This document shows, piece after piece, positions 42,690 through 56,162 of a stretch of DNA of 64,000 nucleotides. The stretch is from Octopus vulgaris. Lineage: Eukaryota. The DNA is taken from positions 14,694,001 through 14,758,000 of the forward strand of contig OX597838.1 of the NCBI GenBank assembly GCA_951406725.2, in the 5' to 3' direction. The stretch's first letter is position 1; every line of letters begins with the position of its first letter. The position numbers and the translations under genes are program-made. The notes beneath the pieces are model-generated. The model was not told the origin of the DNA. It did not search any database and saw only the letters and a list, made by a program, of their open reading frames with translations.

Positions 42690-42910
42690 AACGGGAAAAT
42701 TTACGAAAATAAACAAAAGACGAAGGCAGGTGGAGTACAAACAAACAAATGTATTAGTATAGCGCTCAGGAATAGAAACAGAAAAAGTCTTTTACGTTTC
42801 GAGCCTACGCTCTTCGACAGAAAGATACACAGAAAAAAACAAGGAGAGATACAAGGAGAGAAAAAAATGCGTGTAGGAGCTAACGATCTATCATGGCGTC
42901 CTGACTTCGG
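42690..42910 (-). mobile_element. Penelope-like element fragment with a hammerhead-like motif
   Basis: CpG-rich insert in a TA/TG microsatellite; minus strand reads TCTTT-CTGTCGA-A-GAGC-GTAG-GCTC-GAAAC-GTA-AAAGA. Confidence 0.55.
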
Positions 42911-42914
42911 ATGT

Positions 42915-42968
<54 letters not shown>

Positions 42969-43084
42969 TATGATATCTTTTTAATACATATATATATAAA
43001 GCTGAATCCACCCCTGGGTTAGTTATAAAGACTTGAGTGCTCTAATGTCAGCCTTTTGATTGTGTTTGTGTATATTTATAAGGT

Positions 43085-43462
43085 GGGTATGTGGTTAAGA
43101 AGTTTGCTTCCCAACCACATGGTTTTAGGTTCAATCACTGCATAATACCTTGGATAAAATGTCTTTTGCAATAGTTCCAGGTAACCAGTCTCAAAAGTGG
43201 ATTTGATACAACAGAAAAAAACTGAAAAAACCCGATGTGCATATTGCGTGGTATGCTTTGTCTTGACATCGCATGATAGTAGTCATAGAAGCAGTGTCGT
43301 TGATTTCCAGCCATCTGCAAAAATACGTCTAGTCACGGGGGAAATATTACCTTGCTTGGAAACATGACGACTGGCAACCGGGAAGGCGTCTTGCCTTAGA
43401 AAAATCTGCCTCAGTCCAACACATGCAAACATAGAAAAGTGGATGTTAAAATGATGATGATG
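43085..43462 (+). mobile_element. SINE with a family A head and an RTE-type (GAT)n tail
   Basis: gtggttaagaagtttgcttcccaaccacatgg head; ggaaatattaccttgcttggaaac core; aaaagtggatgttaaaatgatgatgatg tail. Related partial copy at about 36615-36950. Confidence 0.75.
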
Positions 43463-44388
43463 TAAATAACTCTTAACTATCAAGTGTTAATGTTGCATGC
43501 ATTACCGAAGAACGTCAGCTCTTACGTCAGCCACGTTGTACACAGCACTTGAAAATCTACTGACTTCTGACATTCAAGTTTTTCAACTTTTAAAGTATCT
43601 GCATAGTTCATAGCAGTCTGTAGTTGTTGGTTGCTCAAATTGTTAATAATAGCAGCCAAACTTCTTTTTAATTGCAAACCACTTTACTATCTTAAAGAGA
43701 AAATGCAAAATAACAGGAATATGATATGGGGTGGTCACTGCTGGAATGTCTTCGTTTTTAAGTCTGCTGTATAATAAGGTGACCTCGGACTCAACAAGTG
43801 CAAGGAAGGACATTGGGTAGTGTAGAGTTGGATACACTTTGTCTGAATATAAGGTGGGATGGTCACAACTGGAATGTCTTTGACTGAAAATGTGCAGGAT
43901 CATCTTATTTAGGTTTACTGTACAATGCAGTTTAAATCAAGATGGAGGAAAAGGCACCACATACACACACAATATTCGTTTTTGTGTGTGCAAAGCTCTG
44001 AAAAGGATTTAGTCTTTGTATTACTGGGGTTTCAGGCTTTATAAAAGTTAATCCCTCTTTATACATACACCAATACATAAGTCTGTCTGTGCGTGTGTGT
44101 GTGTGTGCATGCGTGTCCATGTCAGCTTGTGCTAATCCAGACAAAGTGTGTTTATACAATGACAGGTGTAGAAAATTGTTTCAAGGTCTCAGGTGTGCAC
44201 GCACACGCACTCACACACACACGCATGCATTGATCTCCGATCAACGCAGGTAGGGAAATATATACCCAACGGTGGAAACTATGCAGATTGAAGATTCAGA
44301 TCAAATGGTTACAACAGAACAAACCCCACAAAATAAGTCTCACCACTCAAAGAGAGGAAAAGAAATAGAACGAATTGCTCCCTTAAAC

Positions 44389-44858
44389 CAGTGGTTCTCA
44401 ATCAATCGGGGTTCATATGACCCTTGAGTGATGGGTCTACATAAAGGTTTTTGTTATTTTTAAAGTTAATGTACAATAAACTGAGTTTATATATTTTGCC
44501 TCTACAATGCACAAAATATTTTGACAGTTTTTTTTATACAATTCTTAATAATATTTAATTATTAAAATGCAACAGGATTTTTTAAGGTGTTTCTTTCAAT
44601 TACTTTATATATAACAAAGAATTTAGTAAAATAACTTAGTTATCATTAAGCTAGTGTTAGGAACATAAATTGTGACTAAGTTTGGTGGAAGATTTCAATT
44701 CAAAACTTATGAAAACAAGACATTTGTACTACAGAGCCAGAGGCAGTTTTGGCAGGGTTGGTAACGAAAGGGTTAAGCATTGAATGGCTTTGAGGGTCCA
44801 CTCGAGTAAAATAGGAATCGAAAGGAGTCTACAGGTGAAAAATGGTTGAGAATCATTG
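44389..44858. mobile_element. hAT MITE family G with a family F MITE (about 44585-44776) inserted
   Basis: cagtggttctcaa ... gttgagaatcattg, TSD-like ccttaaac/ccttaacc. The internal F copy ends gtaacgaaagggttaa. Confidence 0.75.
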
Positions 44859-45082
44859 CCTTAACCTTTTAGCATTTAAACCAGTCATTTCCAGCTAGAA
44901 TATCCTTCTTGCTCTATATTCAGACTGACCAGACGTGACATCTCACACCTATCCTAGATATATTTTGAAGATAAACAATCAGATCATTGGAAATCTCAAG
45001 GTTACCAGATAATGCAGGATGAACTCAAAATAATTTGAATAAATCATCTAAAGGGTTAAATGGACTTTCACACAGTTTCTGT

Positions 45083-45542
45083 TAAGCGACTAGAATCCTT
45101 CGATCACCTCTGTCTATGCCGCATCCTTCGTGTCCGATGGCATCACTTTGTCTCCAATAATTCGGTGCGATACCAGTACAAAATCACCTCCCTCCAACAA
45201 GTCATCTTAATGAGCCTTCTGCTTTGGCTGGGTCATGCCCTCCGTCGTTAACCAAGAAAATTCATCTACGAAGCAATTGCCCCAGCTCCCCTTCAGGGTT
45301 GGCGAAAGCGATGTGGACAACGAAAAACCTGGCTGATGACAGTCAGGGCTGATCTGGAACCCAACCTAGGCCCCCATATCTACGCCATTCGCCGCTGGAA
45401 TAAGGAGTGGCTGGAGATCACACGATCATTAGCCTCAAATCGCCAGGCCTGGTCGGCGTTTGTGAGAGATGCAGCATTAAGGATGAATGAAGCCAGCTCA
45501 ATCCACCCCGGGTGAATGCTGTCTCAAGACAAGAAGAAGAAG
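45083..45542 (+). mobile_element. 5'-truncated RTE-clade LINE 3' end with an 11-bp TSD
   Basis: Translates KRLESFDHLCLCRILRVRW...WLGHALRR*...GWRKR.../QRKTWLMTVRADLEP...RRWNKEWLEIT..LASNRQAWSAFVRD. (AAG)n tail; TSD acagtttctgt at 45072-45082 and 45543-45553. Confidence 0.88.
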
Positions 45543-46326
45543 ACAGTTTCTGTGTATTACGCTTACAGAGGCCATGGCAGAAGACATTTTTGCCCAAGTG
45601 CCATACCCTGGGATTGAACTTGAAGCCACCTAGTTATGGAGTAAAACAACCATATCTATGCAGAGTTATGAAAGTAGGGGGGGGGTTGTGTTATTTGGTA
45701 TTGTTGATGATGATGGTACAACTGATTGCTAGTTTGGTGTCATCTAAGAGATTGGCCCATTTGACAACAATGAAAGGAAGGCCAAAGGTTGAGTGTGTGC
45801 TTGTGTGCATGCCTGCCTGCATGTGTGCGTGCGTATGTGTGTGTGTGTGTGTGCATGGTGGGTGGGGAGTACAGGGACAGTAAAAACAAAACTATGTTTG
45901 AGGGTGATGGTGATATGGAAGGGTCGCGTTACTGACAGTATGTGGGTTGTGTGGAAAGGAGACAGCGGGGTGAAAGTGGGTGGGGTGGGGTGGGATACAA
46001 ATTGCCAAATTAATTTTGGTGAAACAGTCACAAAACAAAAAAAAGAAAAAGAGAGAGAAAGAAGGAAAAGTAGCTCCAACAGTTGTGCAGATGTTATGCA
46101 GTGGGAGTTGCACAATTTTGTTCCTCGCAGTTGTAACACAGTTGACAGCAGCCGTCTGTAAATGCATGTTTGTATATGTGTGTGTGTGTGTGTGTGTGTA
46201 TTTATATGTGTGTAATGATAAGATTACATGCACCCACCCACACACACGTGCACACACACTACCTAGCAATTCTAAATGTTAAAAGTTTGAATAATGTAAA
46301 TACCATTTTCTCTCTCTCTCTCTCAC

Positions 46327-46366
<40 letters not shown>

Positions 46367-46563
46367 ATATATATATACACATATACATACATACACACAT
46401 TCAAACTCATTATCACTTGCTATCCTACTTTCCCTCATCCTATCCCTCCTTACCCATTATCCTATCTGTTTTGTGAACACAGTTTCTCTTCTCTTATCTA
46501 CTCTTCTACAGCCTTCTCTCTCTCTCTCTCTCCTATTATCTTCTCTCTACAAACATTATAAGT

Positions 46564-46601
<38 letters not shown>

Positions 46602-47738
46602 GTCCTATCATTTCTCTCACTTCCCCCCACTTCTCCCTACAAATATTACAAGTTCTTTTTTACACTACCGGCTCTCTCTTTCTTTGATATTTACTCCCTT
46701 CTCTATATATCTGTATAATCTCCCCCTCTCTCTCTCTCTCTCTCTGTCTCTCCACCTCACTCATCTATTCACATTCCATCACCCCCCCCCCTTCTCTATT
46801 CCATCTCTATTCTACCACTCTATATACAGTTAACCATTCTCCTTTAAAATCCACCCTCCTCTTCATGTTTTCAGGTTTCACTGTGATAGGAAAATGGAAA
46901 AATATCTTCATCAGTCTCATTGTCATTAATTTTACCTGTCTTTTCCATGTCAGCATGGATTGGACAGGTCTGTTCCAGTGTGATGCTAATGATGAGTGAT
47001 GATGCTTGTCTTGAGTTACGTCAATTGAGAAGGAAGTGAAAGCCGACAATAATCTTAAGCCTTTGAAACCTAATGTGAATATTTTTATCTACCCAAAGCT
47101 TTCTCCCTTCCTCCCAGTAGGTAGGGAAACTGAAAAAAGGGTCCTAATTGAAGTAGGTGGATCTCCTTGCTTCCCCAAATTTCACAAGAGCTCAGCTGGA
47201 CTACAGGGGTACCGGAGCGGAGCGTGGGATCAACCTGCCCTCTTCCATTGTAGATAGTACAGTGTGATATGAATGAAATTAAGCAGCTATTGCAGCCCCA
47301 CCACCACTCCCCACCCCTGCTGTGCTGTTGTTTAGCCCCAGGTCAACCTGGGTGTAACAGGTCTATTATGAAAAGGCATTCATACCGTGACTGCCTCAAT
47401 GTTTTTTCTGGGTATAGTGTAACTAGGGCTGTATCATCCACCGAGTCCATCCCTTTCAAAATATGACTTGCTAGAAATAACAGCTAAAGCTCTCTCAAAT
47501 CACATTGCCATCTTAGAAAAACTGTAGACTTTGAATAATGTCGTCCTAGGTAATGTTTCCCATAGGCACTGGGTTGCCTTTGTGGTTAAGAAGCTTGCTT
47601 TGTAACCATGTGGTTTTGGGTTTAGTCCTATTACATGGCATCTTCTACAAGTGTTTTCTATGTCCTTGGTTTGACCAGTACCTTGTGAGTGAGTCTGGTA
47701 GATGGGACTTGTGTGGAAGCCCATCATATATATACATA

Positions 47739-47968
47739 TACTCTTTACTCTTTTACTCTTTTAGTTGTTTCAGTCATTTGACTGCGGCCATGCTGGAGCA
47801 CCGCCTTTAGTCGAGCAAATCGATCCCGGGACTTATTCTTTGTAAGCCCAGTACTTATTCTATCGGTCTCTTTTGCCGAACCGCTAAGTGACAGGGACGT
47901 AAACACATTAGCATCGGTTGTCGAGCAATGCTAGAGGGACAAACACAGACACACAAACATATACACAC

Positions 47969-48010
<42 letters not shown>

Positions 48011-48142
48011 GACAGGCTTCTTTCAGTTTCCGTCTACAGGCTATAGCAGAAGACACTTTCCCAAGATGCCACGCAGTGGGACTGAACCCGGAACCATGTG
48101 GTTGGTAGGCAAGCTACTTACCACACAGCCACTCCTGCGCCT
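47739..48142 (-). mobile_element. SINE family A (short internal deletion near 48037)
   Basis: Reverse complement of the reference copy. Confidence 0.9.
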
Positions 48143-48371
48143 ATATATGTATTTAATTGATTTGTTTGACTAAACCCGTCAAGGTGGTGCCCCAGCATGG
48201 TCACAGCCCAGTGACAGGAACAAATAAAAACTGTTATTGAATAGAGATATATAACACATACACTCATACATGCGCGCACCTTGCAACAGTGGTTTGGTAG
48301 TGGTGGTGGTGGTGGTTATGGTGGCGACAGCTGTGATAGTATTGTGGTGGTAGTGTAGGATATTTGTTTGG

Positions 48372-48587
48372 TGCGTTAGCACGCCGGGCGAAATGCTTAG
48401 GGGTATTTCGTCTGCGGCTTCGTTCTGAGTTCAAATTCCGCCGAGGTCGACTTTGCCTTTCATCCTTTCGGGGTCGATAAATTAAGTACCAGTTACGCAC
48501 TGGGGTCGATGTAATCGACTTAATACCTATGTCTGTCCTTGTTTGTCCCCTCTGTGTTTAGCCCCTTGTGGGTAGTAAAGAAATAGG
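48372..48587 (+). mobile_element. SINE family B, young copy with the gccccttgtggg-a-taaagaaat tail
   Basis: CpG-rich; core gaggtcgactttgcctttcatcctttcggggtcgataaattaagtacc. Confidence 0.88.
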
Positions 48588-48829
48588 TAATATATGAATA
48601 GATGGTTGATGATGGTGGTGGTGGTCCATGAGTTAGTTGTGATGGTTGTGGTGGTCCTGTTTGGATAGTATAATGTGACTAAGGAGGAGTGGAACAGGTG
48701 TTGTGTTTACATACATGAAGATGGTGAGGTGTGTCTGTATCAAAGATGAGCTAACTACGATCTCTTATTCAGATATCTGTATCTTAGACAACATTACGTA
48801 ATCTACTCTTTTTTTTTCCTCAAGAAAGT

Positions 48830-49002
48830 AGCAGGAGTGGCTATGTGGTAAGTAGCTTGCTAACCAACCACATGGTTCTGGGTTCAGTCCCACTGCGGGG
48901 CATCTTGGGCAAGTGTCTTCTGCTATAGCCCCGGGCTGACCAAAGCCTTGTGAGTGGATTTGGTAGACGGAAACTGAAAGAAGCCTGTCGTATATATGTG
49001 TG

Positions 49003-49033
<31 letters not shown>

Positions 49034-49224
49034 TTGTATGTCTGTGTTTGTCCTTCCAACATCGCTTGACAACCGATGCTGGTGTGTTTACGTCCCCGTC
49101 ACTTAGCGGTTCGGCAAATGAGACCGATAGAATAAGTCCTGGGGTCGATTTGCTTGACTAATGGTGGTGCTCCAGCATGGCCGCAGTCAAAATGACTGAA
49201 ACAAGTAAAAAGAGAAAAGAGAGA
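48830..49224 (+). mobile_element. SINE family A, full length
   Basis: Near-identical to the reference copy. Confidence 0.9.
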
Positions 49225-49479
49225 AAGTGTAATTTGAGGTTAAATTTGGCTACTATTTTTCACAAATCGAATAACCATACAGAGGCTTGTTGATTGGGGG
49301 AAGTTATTAGCAGAAATAAGGAACTAGCAGGATGTTGTTATATATCTTAGATTACTCAGGGATCGTGTCTACAGAGAGTTGGTAAAATTATCGCTGAGGA
49401 ATCTGCACCGTTAAGCCAATATTTCCAGCTGGGGTAATCTTAGAATCTCTTCACTGATATATAAATATATTCTCTTCTC

Positions 49480-49519
<40 letters not shown>

Positions 49520-49535
49520 CAGCCGTGAATGTATA

Positions 49536-49584
<49 letters not shown>

Positions 49585-49597
49585 CCCAACCATGTAT

Positions 49598-49632
<35 letters not shown>

Positions 49633-50031
49633 TATATATAGCCCAACCATGTATGTATGTGTGTATATATATATATATATAGCCCAGCCATGTATGTATA
49701 TATATGTGTGTGTGTATATATATATACACACATACATACATGGCTGGGCTGCAAGTAGGTCAGATTTGAAACTGGCCTTAAGAAAATGATGAGGAAGTGT
49801 ACTGGCAGTCAGCAGCAGCAGTAGTAGTAGTATTTGTAGTAGTCTGTTGTCTCTGTCAGATCAGGCTCTCATCTCACCCACCCCGTACCTGCCTTACCCA
49901 GTGGATGCCTCCACCCCACCCCCCGCTTCCCCTTACTCTACATCCTCATTTTTTTTTATTTTTCAAGTTGTTATTTCTTTCCTGGTTATAATAATTCTTT
50001 GCACAACTTTTATATATTGAATGATGATTGT

Positions 50032-50069
<38 letters not shown>

Positions 50070-50461
50070 GTGTGTGTATAAATCGAGAGTGGATGGCATA
50101 ATTTTGGAATTATTCCAGTTATCATGATGAATGTGTACACCCACACTCAGTACAACCAAAGTACACACACTACAACTAATGTAAGAGTAATATAACCACA
50201 CACACACACACACACACACACACATTTGTAATGTTATGTTTCATATTATTTCTACTTAACCTGTATTTTCTTCAGCTAAATCACATTCACATACATACAC
50301 TATAAGTATGTATATATTTGTGTATGTATAAGTCTATGTATAAATATATAATTATAATTTCTCATTCTGTTCCATATAGTATTTCTATTCCTTCTGTCTT
50401 CTGTTTCTTTCTTTTTTTCATAGTAGACATTATGAAAAACAAAAGTTGTATATATATATGT

Positions 50462-50533
50462 GTGTCGGTGGTGTAACAGTTAGCATGGTTGCCTTCCAAG
50501 CAGTCGATCCGGGTTCGACTCCCGGCCGACGCA
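50462..50533 (+). tRNA. tRNA-Gly(TCC) copy, probably a retroposed pseudogene (D-loop GG altered; fused to a LINE tail)
   Basis: 72 nt: acceptor GTGTCGG/CCGACGC, anticodon arm GTTGC-CT-TCC-AA-GCAGT (TCC at 50495-50497), T-arm CCGGG-TTCGACT-CCCGG. D-loop reads TAACAGTT instead of TAATGGT. Followed by a trailer and TTTTT. Confidence 0.85.
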
Positions 50534-51098
50534 GGCGATAGTTTTTAATGAATGGCGGTGCCCCAGCATGGCCACAGCTCATGAGCTGAAACTAGATGAA
50601 ATGAAATGAAAATATGTGTGTGTGTCTGTGTGTTTGTAGTAATCAGTATTTGAATCCAGATAAATGTTGCATCCCACACACACACACACATGAATATAAA
50701 ATAAGTATTAACAACAGAGGTATTAATACCAAAAAGTCTTATTTATCCCCGCTAAAATATGGATGTTCTGTTAGAACAAACTATACTGTGGTAGTTGTCA
50801 TGAGAGAACCTCTCATATTGGCTTTTCGAGACATGTATATGTACCAGTCTTTATTTAACCTTTAGTGTTCAGATTTCTTAGTCTAATGTATTGCTTATTT
50901 ATTCATATTGTTCAGAATTAATCATGCATTATCTTGTAGCTTCAAGATTTCAATTATGTGTCCGTATATTTTTAGAATGACATTGTAGGGTAAGTGTGTG
51001 ATGTTGGATCTGGTCAGTTTTAACATAAAACAGGTAGACTATTTTGGCCAGGTACAACCAGGTTAAATAAAACTTAGGAGAAAACTTCTTTTGCATAA

Positions 51099-51362
<264 letters not shown>

Positions 51363-53380
51363 TGAGTTCCATATGATTTTTCAGGGTCCATATAAGATTT
51401 TGTTGTTATAGTTTGTGAGCAATATATTAGTTTATACGTCTACAATACATAATATTTTAACCATTTTTATTCATTGTATATCAGACACGTGCTGTCAGTA
51501 ATTACTCAGAGTAGGCATTTGGTGACCTTTATGTAATAAAGCACACATAAAATAAACAAAACACAGGCATGCAACCAAGTTGAAGGCAGATTTACTTCTG
51601 CCTTTATAGCATGTAAAGAAAACAGTGTTGTAGGAGTGTATGCAGCATATGTACTACAGCAGTATTATGTGTAGCTTGAATAGTGAGATTGGAAAGCAGG
51701 GACGAATTATGCCTACATGGGGGGTTCATCAGAATAAAGTAAGGATCAAAGGAGTCCATAGGCAAAAAATGGTTGAGAATCACTGCTCTACACCTACCTT
51801 GAATGCTTTGAGACGGGCAACATACACACACACACATATGTATCGTAACTATTATTCTTAAGTTCTCTTTATCCATGTATGCATGGACTGTCTGAGACCT
51901 TTTGAGGCAGTATTCTGAGGTCAGATGTTCCTCCTGAGGTCAACCTTTACTTGTCTACAAGTACAGTACTTTTGTCATTGCTTATCATTCACTTTTGCAT
52001 GTTGAATCACTGAACTATCAGACTTTTTGCTTATGTGGGTATGAACATCACCCCAGCCTATGTAATGCTTAATAAGGGTGCATATACACACACACACATA
52101 ATTTTTTGTGTGCTGGCATGTGCTCTTATCTGAATGAAAACCTGTTGTGTGTGTGTGTGTGTTTTATACTCACACACACACAACAGGCTTTTACACAGTT
52201 CATTCTATCAAATTTCACACACAAGTCATTGGTTAACCTAAGATTATGATAGAAGTTACTTACTGAAGGTGTTATAATAGTGGATTTGAAAAGTAATTAT
52301 GAAGGAAATTTCTTAAACACACTGTCGTACCTATGTATATATGTGTGTCTATCAGCATTATAATTTAAATTCCATTTTCAATGCCGGCATGAGTTTAGTT
52401 TTTATTTACACGCAAGGCAAAACAAAAATGGTATGGGAAACATGAACAAACAGACAGAGTTAATAGAGATGATGACTTTTGATCTGGATATGGAGAAGAC
52501 ACTGGCATAGAAGAATGTTTGTGTGTACACAAACAACAATTTATACTTAGAAATTTTAAGCATTATCCTTATCCACCTTACTACTTCTTCAATATCAATA
52601 AATTTTTAGCTATTGATTATGCACAATATGCATGACAGTCGTATACCTCCAGGAATTCCTGCTGGAATTCTTAACTACAGAAATATGTGTAACATACACA
52701 ACACAGCACTCCAGCTATGACTATCTCTAAGTTTTTGTACGTCTGGAATTTTATTGACAATATTCAATATTTCAAGGGTACTTGTGTGTGATATGTGGAA
52801 AATTTATTATTTCTAGGTAGCCAAATGTCTATGTTGAAGCTCCCTGACTGTTTAATCTATTTATTTTCTGCTAACGAACTGGTTTACAGCGTATATCAGA
52901 TAATATTGACTTCCTTGTATGGAATGCATGTGTTTGTTGGTTTTCCTCTCCAGCTCCACTCCAACCCCAAGAAACCATAAAAAATCAGAATGTTAAGCCA
53001 ATTTCTCAAATAAGAAAAGTTTGCTTTGACTACACTGTATCTGTTTGGACAGATTTCACAGCAAGTGGCAGACCTTATGTGTCACCTGTTACTACAGCAC
53101 CACCTGGGTTTTTGAGTGCCTTTAGCAGAACACCTCCCCCACTGTTCTCTCTCTCTCTCCCCACCCTCTCTCTCTCCATCTCTCTCTCTTGTAAACATTC
53201 AGACAAGGTCACCAGTCTATGGATAACCTATAAGTTCTGCCCTTTCTCCCCTCTCACTAGAATGCACTGGCCCAATCATGAGAAAAAAGTGATGATGGAT
53301 TGTATGGTGAGAGGAGGGAATGATAGCAGAGGCCAAACCACTGATAGGCAACGTTGCATCATTTTATGAGCCAACAAGGG

Positions 53381-53570
53381 GACACTGTATATGGTCAGTC
53401 AGTTGGCTAGAAATAGCAATCAGATATTCCTCAGTTAACACACTATCGCCTGAAAAGCCGAAGAAGGGTTCAAAAGACATTGTAAACAGTGTTATGTTTG
53501 AAAGGACTAATGCCTTTGATCATAGGTGTATCTGCACAATTCTGGCTGACCTGGGACTTAAACAACAACT
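53381..53570 (-). mobile_element. Old degenerate interspersed repeat (representative copy)
   Basis: Motifs gctagaaatagca-ccaaa and gagcagacctatgatcaaaggcattcc recur at about 7520, 19220, 20600, 24860, 38200, 43640, 47330, 55800 and 56580. Confidence 0.6.
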
Positions 53571-54785
53571 AGTACAATGTCATACTCAGGTATCAAGTGG
53601 TGGAAGACAAACACACTCAATGACAGACACATTCATAGATCCATCCATCCATCTTATATATAAAGGGTAATGACGCCCTTCAGTCAAGGTTACTCCTAGA
53701 AAGTTCCCCTCTGAGGTATAAGTACGGGCAAAGTTGTTTGTGGAAGACCAGCAGTTGCCCATGCGTAACAGCCTTTCCTCTTCCCGCCACCGATGTTACC
53801 CAAGGGATAGGCAAAGGGTGACACATCTTAGCGCCTGTGATGTTGCAACTCGTCGTTTCTTCAGCTGAGTGAACTGGAGCAAGGTGAAATAAAACTCAAG
53901 AACACAACACACAGCTCGGTCTGAGAATCAAACTCTCTACCTCATGTTTGTTAACTCAATGCTCTAACCATTTATACACACACAAAATGCACCAATCCGA
54001 CCGTGGCCAATGCCAGCCTCGCCTGGCACCAGTGCAGGTGGCACATAAAAAGCACCCACTACACTCACGGAGTGGTTGGCGTTAGGAAGGGCATCCAGCT
54101 GTAGAAACTTTGCCAGATCAAGATTGGAGCCTGGTGCAGCCTTCTGGCTTCCCAGATCCCCAGTCAAACTGTCCAACCCATGCTAGCATGGAGAATGGAC
54201 GTTAAACGATGATGATGATGACACAGATAGACGATGATGCAAATAAACAAATATAACTGCTTAGTCTAGATATATGAAATATACATACATATATACATAT
54301 AAATAGAGAGGAGACAAAGACTGAAACAAGTCGGAACAATGAATATTCATGTATGAATATGTATTCATATGCTAACAGAGCAGATTTAAATGGAGTAGAA
54401 AGACACAGAAAAACACCGCACTTTCTCTCCTTTATTTTTCTCTGTCTTTGTGCTTTATGTAAACTGACTCCGTTAATATATGTATATGTGTTGATGCATG
54501 AATGTTCATTGTCTGAATATCTCCAGTCTTTGTTTTCTCTCTATTTACACATATATATATATATGTGTGTGTATGTACGTATGTTTTGTATATCTAGCCC
54601 AAGCGGCTTTATTTGTTTATTTGCTTATTTGCATCATTATCTCCATATCCGCTCACCTGGATTCCTCTTATAGCAACTCTTTACCCTGCGGATTTAGTTC
54701 TCGGTAAAGATTTCGGAATGTGAGTAGAAATCATTTGAGTGCTAAGTGTTTTCTATATTGAGCATCTGTGATCTCATCTCTTGAC

Positions 54786-54817
<32 letters not shown>

Positions 54818-56162
54818 CATACAATAAGATATAACAATAAATTAATGTTATGATTTATTAAATACATTATTATAATATAGGTGGCTAAAGCAATTAAAAA
54901 CCAAAAAGGTAGAATACCTAATGAAGAGTTGGAAATAGCACTGACAATTGCTAGAAATAAGAGCTAAAAAATATAACTTGAATAGCCAAAATCACCAACC
55001 TCATGAGATGTCCAAAGTGACAGTTTCTGTCTACCAAATCCACTCACAAGTTTTTGGTCAGCCTTAAGCAATAGTAGAAGACATGTGTCCAAGGTACCAT
55101 GCAGTGGGACTGAACCTGGATCCATGTGGTTGGGAAGCAAACTTCTTACCACACAGCCTGGCCTACTTTGTGAGCTTTTAGTTATTAAAACTGAATATTT
55201 CCTCTTTCTCCTACTATCTTCCATCAAATCATCTGATCCCTTTAGAAGTCCGACCTCTTATCTCCTTTGTCCCCTTTAAAGGTGTTCTATCACCTTTACC
55301 TTCAAACTCATTATACTTGAACATTGTAACAGTGTTGTGGAGTACTCTGTTGAACTCTACAAAAAAGGGCATCAGCCAGTCATTGGGATAAAACAGAATG
55401 GATAAAGATCCCAAACCCTAAGGAAAAAGGTAGATTAGCTGATAAGTCACCAGCTGCTACCCTGCTACCCCAGCAGAATCACTCACTATATACACATGTA
55501 TGTTTGTGTGTAACCTCCGACTGTGTTAGTTTCCTGTTTATAAAACCAACATGGCTATTTTACTCACATCTGTACAAATTTAGAAAAAAAAAGGGGTGGG
55601 AGGAAAAAACCCTGAAGTTTGCTATTATTTAGAATTCTATTCTCTCACTTCAACTGTATTACCACATGGCTACTCAGTGAGCCAGAAACAACAACCAAGT
55701 TTCTCTCGCTTTTGCCACCTTATAACAAAGAAGGACACATTGGACAACATAGCTAATGATACTCGTGGAAAGGCAAGGTATTCACAGCTGAAATAACTTT
55801 GGTCGAAAGTTTGCTTGATTAGAGCTAGTCAGCAGAGCTTGTCAAGACATCCATGCCAGTGATACGTGAAAGGTACCTTGTGCTGGTGACACGTGAAAGA
55901 CATCCAGTACACTCTGTGGAGTGGTTGACATTAGGAAGGGTATCCAGCCATGGATACCAAGCTGAAACAAACTGGAACCTGGTACAGCTTTGATCTTGCA
56001 CACCTCTTATGATCAAAGTCTTTCCAGTTATGTTCACCTTGTCTTTTTAAGGATATCTGCAGCTAGATCATCTGAAGTATCCATTCCCTTATAAAAGCTG
56101 GTTAATGTGATTTGAGAGAGTTTTGGAGTACAATTTGTAGCAACTCAGACAGCTATGTAGAG

